Part shown: positions 61,501 to 64,000 of the stretch, in pieces
How the letters are laid out: the number at the start of each line of letters is the position of its first letter
Numbering within the stretch: position 1 is the stretch's first letter
Assembly (NCBI GenBank): GCA_040389905.1
Contig: JAZJZK010000006.1
Span: 52,882 to 116,881, forward strand
Reading direction: 5' to 3'
DNA from: Gemmatimonadota bacterium
Lineage (GTDB): Bacteria; Gemmatimonadota; Gemmatimonadetes; Gemmatimonadales; Gemmatimonadaceae
Length of the DNA stretch: 64,000 bases
The notes under the pieces: model-generated
What the model was told of the DNA's origin: nothing
What the model saw: the letters and a program-made list of their open reading frames with translations, nothing else
Database searches by the model: none
Program-made: the position numbers and the translations under genes

Positions 61501-61744
61501 CAAGCGGTTGGTCAGCGCGCGGCTCGCGAATGGCCGAGCGATCGATGACGCTGCCGAGTACACGATCGTGATGAACGACTTTCTTGCAACGGGCGGCGAC
61601 GGGCTCGGCCTCGGAACGGCTGCTATCAAAACGGAGATCCTCTCGGTCAACGACCTCGATGTGTTGATCGAGTATTTGCGCTCTCGGCCACAACCCGTGG
61701 CACCACCGACTGATGTTCGCATTGTCGCCGGTTCGCCCCGATGA
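58574..61744 (+). CDS. Secreted tandem 2',3'-cyclic phosphodiesterase / 5'-nucleotidase
   Basis: Signal peptide and two complete metallophosphoesterase modules (TTDVHG/DAGD/GNHEFNYG/GHSH and TNDFHG/DGGD/GNHEFDWG/GHTH), each with a 5'-nucleotidase C-terminal domain. Confidence 0.9.
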   Translation: MRIPFSVAAAAFTVAAGFVPAFAQAGPAATFDLIVAGTTDVHGRLRGWNYESNRPDTTRGLTRAATIVDSLRRDAPGRVVLMDAGDLLQGNALTYVAARVAPSGTPHPVIAAMNAMMYDAAAVGNHEFNYGVPFLERTLKQAKFPFLAANARRIDGSHAFKSWTIIRRGSARIGIVGATTPGSMVWDRDNLKGRIVMRDIIPAVRAAVAEARRAGAEIIFVTMHSGLAGASSYDTVGTGIPSENVAARVAREVPGIDLILYGHSHQEVGDTVINGVLLMQPRNWATSVAVAHLALERGKSGWRVASKSSRVVQAARQAENPAIVAATETAHKATLAWVNAPIGKTLVAWRADSARVSDTPLLDFILEVERRAAGTDLASSAAFSLDATIAAGDITAARLMALYPYDNTLRAIKISGKQLREYLEQSARYYTTSADGRVGVDPSFPGFNFDIVAGADYTLDVSRPAGQRVTRLEVRGKPVAATDSFTMALNNYRQTGGGGYAMLAGAPLVFDKQQEIRQLLVDEVKRKGSIAPGDYFTQNWKIEPASAVSSLYAQLRRDNREDAHAVGATAARPRPSTRLRIIGTNDFHGALEPRPDANGKRRGGAAYLASAIRKAAAECVSPACESILLDGGDEFQGTPASNLAFGRPIVAVFNQLGYAAGALGNHEFDWGQDTLRARMRDAHYAILGANVRYKDGRDVPWIRDDTLVTRGALKIGIIGLATVATATTTKAINVADIQFLEPAPIVDSLAKRLRARGADYVIVIAHSGAFCDRDGASNCNGEIVNLAKTIHEPIDAIVSGHTHSLVDATINGIPIVQARSSGTAFETVDLGPDGSRHHVSDVLPDSIAPDPVVARIVDQAVANVASLVNNPVATIAADMNRDGNQYPLGNLIADGIRFAGKGDIGITNNGGVRANLRAGQATYGTLFEIQPFGNLLYRMTVNGKSLREYFEKLVARRPNVHISGAVLTYDSTGVAGKRLVSARLANGRAIDDAAEYTIVMNDFLATGGDGLGLGTAAIKTEILSVNDLDVLIEYLRSRPQPVAPPTDVRIVAGSPR

Positions 61745-61992
61745 GCGATACCGTGCGAGTGTTCGTCAACGGCATCGGGTGCGATGCGCCTGCAAGTGGC
61801 ACGGCGATCGATGCAATCGCGGTGCACTCGGCCTCCGATGCGCAGTCGGTGCGCGATGAGACGATGATCGTCACCGACAGTCGCGGGCTTCCCGTTCCCG
61901 CCGAGACCCCGCTCTTCAATGGCGCGGTATTTCGGCTCATTCCCAACCGGGGCCGCGATGCCGCGGATCCGGCGACGCACTTCGACGAATGA
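61741..61992 (+). CDS. Small hypothetical protein, possible beta-grasp (ThiS/MoaD-like) fold
   Basis: ATGA overlaps on both sides. VRVFVNG...PLFNGAVFRLIP pattern. Confidence 0.65.
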   Translation: MSDTVRVFVNGIGCDAPASGTAIDAIAVHSASDAQSVRDETMIVTDSRGLPVPAETPLFNGAVFRLIPNRGRDAADPATHFDE

Positions 61993-63035
61993 CCTCTCTT
62001 CTCACACGCGATCTACTCCGCCAGCTGCCCAAGGCGGAGCTGCACTGCCACCTCGACGGTTCGCTCCGGCCGCAGACCATGCTCGACCTGGGGGAGGAGC
62101 TTGTAAAGCCGATGCCCGCCGAGGACGCGAGCGGGATGCGGGAATACATGCACGTGGATGACGCGCAGAATCTCGAAGACTACCTCGAGCGCTTCTCGCA
62201 CACGCTATCTGTGATGCAAACAGCGCCGGCGCTCGAACGCATCGCGTATGAGCTTGCGGAGGACGCACGCCGCGATGGCGTCCGCTACATCGAGGTGCGC
62301 TATGCACCGGTGCTGAACGTGCGAGAAGGACTGTCGTTGGAAGAGGCGGTGGAGGCCCCCCTGCGTGGCCTGGCCCGTGCTGAGTCGGAATTCGGCATCG
62401 TCGGCCGCGTGATCGTGTGCGCCATTCGCAACATGGCGCCAAGCGTCTCGCAGGAGTTGGCAGAGCTCGCGGTGTCGTATCGGCACCGAGGCGTCGTGGG
62501 ATTCGATCTCGCTGGTGGAGAAGCGGGCTACCCGGCCAAGGCGCACGTCAAGGCGTTCGATTATGTGCGGAAACACGATCTGGCGTGTACCTGTCACGCG
62601 GGTGAGGGCGACGGTGCGGAGTCCGTGCGGGAGGCGGTCCACGTCTGCGGAGCGCATCGCATCGGGCATGCGACGCGCCTGATCGAGGACACATCGCTCA
62701 CCGACTACTGCAATGACCGGCGCATTCCCCTCGAGATCTGCCTCACCAGCAACGTGCAGACGCGCGCCGTCGAATCGTACGCGCTGCATCCGTTTCGTGA
62801 ATACTTCGATCGCGGACTCAACGTCGTGTTGAACACCGACAATCGGCTCATGAGCGACGTGACGCTCACCGATGAATATGTCCACGCCGCGGAATCGCTC
62901 GGTTTTGGGTTCGATGAGCTGGCCCGCGTGGCGATGAACGGATTCGAGAGTGCGTTTCTGCCCTATGAGGAGCGGGTCCGCCTCATCGCGCAGGCGGAGC
63001 AGGAAATCAAGGCATTGAGGAGTGTGGCCGCATGA
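61989..63035 (+). CDS. add: Adenosine deaminase
   Basis: PKAELHCHLDG, GFDLAG, HAGE, RIGH, ICLTSN, NTDN. Confidence 0.93.
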   Translation: MTSLLTRDLLRQLPKAELHCHLDGSLRPQTMLDLGEELVKPMPAEDASGMREYMHVDDAQNLEDYLERFSHTLSVMQTAPALERIAYELAEDARRDGVRYIEVRYAPVLNVREGLSLEEAVEAPLRGLARAESEFGIVGRVIVCAIRNMAPSVSQELAELAVSYRHRGVVGFDLAGGEAGYPAKAHVKAFDYVRKHDLACTCHAGEGDGAESVREAVHVCGAHRIGHATRLIEDTSLTDYCNDRRIPLEICLTSNVQTRAVESYALHPFREYFDRGLNVVLNTDNRLMSDVTLTDEYVHAAESLGFGFDELARVAMNGFESAFLPYEERVRLIAQAEQEIKALRSVAA

Positions 63036-63859
63036 CGAATGCGTATGGTGCGGAGGCCGCATCCAGGGCGGCGGAGTCGATTCGTGCGCGTGGCGGTTCT
63101 GAAGTGCCTGTCGCTGGAATCATTCTTGGTTCCGGACTTGGCGGGCTGGCCAGCCGGATCACGGAGCCTGTCGCGATTCCTTTCGCCGAGGTTCCTGGTT
63201 TTCCGACGGCAACGGTCGTCGGGCATTCAGGGAAGTTGATCGTTGGTAAGCTCGGTGGCCGCCCGCTCGTTGCGCTCGCGGGGCGCTTTCACATGTACGA
63301 AGGGCACGACGCGGCGCTCGCCGGCTTTCCGGTTCGAGTGCTGCACGCACTCGGCGTGGGGGCCCTCTTCGTCTCGAACGCTGCTGGCGGCATCCGCCGC
63401 ACCTTCAAAGCTGGCGATCTCATGATCATTCGTGATCATCTGAATCTCATGTTTCGAAACCCGCTCATTGGAGCGCTCGAACCGGGTGATGAGCGCTTTC
63501 CCGATATGAGTGCGCCGTATGACGACGTACTGTGTGAACACCTCCGTCGGCACGCCGCGGCGCTCGGGATTCCGTTGCAGGAAGGCGTCTACGCTGGCCT
63601 CCTGGGTCCGGCATACGAGACGCCGGCGGAGGTCCGCATGCTCGGCACGCTGGGCGCCGATGCCGTCGGGATGTCGACGGTTCCGGAGGTCATCGTTGCG
63701 CGGGCACTGGGGCTACGGGTGGCGGGGATCAGCTGTATCACCAACATGGCGTCTGGTATTTCGCATCATGCGTTGTCGCATGAAGAAGTTCTCGAAACAA
63801 CGACGCTCGTTGCAGACCGGTTCGAGTCACTTGTGGAGCGGTTCGTTGCGGACTTGTGA
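63032..63859 (+). CDS. punA: Purine-nucleoside phosphorylase (trimeric PNP-I type)
   Basis: ILGSGLG, GRFHMYEG, SNAAGG, GPAYETPAE, VGMSTVPE, ITN. Confidence 0.92.
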   Translation: MTNAYGAEAASRAAESIRARGGSEVPVAGIILGSGLGGLASRITEPVAIPFAEVPGFPTATVVGHSGKLIVGKLGGRPLVALAGRFHMYEGHDAALAGFPVRVLHALGVGALFVSNAAGGIRRTFKAGDLMIIRDHLNLMFRNPLIGALEPGDERFPDMSAPYDDVLCEHLRRHAAALGIPLQEGVYAGLLGPAYETPAEVRMLGTLGADAVGMSTVPEVIVARALGLRVAGISCITNMASGISHHALSHEEVLETTTLVADRFESLVERFVADL

Positions 63860-63951
63860 GGTCTTAGGGCAAGATCGGCGCGGCTCTGCTCGTACGGACA
63901 GAGGTGTGGTTGTGGATCCGCGGGGCATTTCATTCCAGCGGCCCCTTCGCG

Positions 63952-63984
63952 GCGAGGGAGGTGGCTTGACGCCACCTCCCTCGC
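63952..63984. terminator. Perfect 14-bp stem-loop downstream of punA
   Basis: GCGAGGGAGGTGGC-TTGAC-GCCACCTCCCTCGC. No clear U tract, so orientation is unknown. Confidence 0.5.
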
Positions 63985-64000
63985 AGCGCTCAGAAGCCGC

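Overview
High-GC bacterial chromosomal window, mostly core genome. Gene content, TPEP-type PEP-CTERM tails and gene order suggest Gemmatimonadota (inference). It holds: an M48 protease, a Cys/Met PLP enzyme and an HD-GYP regulator; glmM-glmS followed by an asparagine-synthase-like gene; a MoxR/DUF58/DUF4350/DUF4129 cluster facing a fused RDD-SpoIIM gene; dtd-maf; a trpE / FHA-GAF-cyclase / LPS kinase / 2x GT9 run; a GspE/PilB ATPase in frame with a NUDIX hydrolase; tRNA-Leu-tig-clpP-clpX-TPR-lon-engB; dnaK-degP; a phosphate cluster (DUF47, PiT, ppk1, ppx, PhoR/PhoB-like); and a nucleotide salvage operon. No transposase, integrase, CRISPR array or rRNA was seen. The main features not explained by gene calls are: (1) every non-overlapping convergent gene junction is filled by a long palindrome with arms built from short periodic units, two of them nested; (2) a secreted TPR gene that appears to start at ATC overlapping the clpX stop (TAATC); (3) sigma-54 promoters plus a shared TAAGTCGT motif upstream of both PEP-CTERM genes; (4) the GspE-NUDIX fusion. 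All calls are by eye from sequence motifs; no database searches were run.
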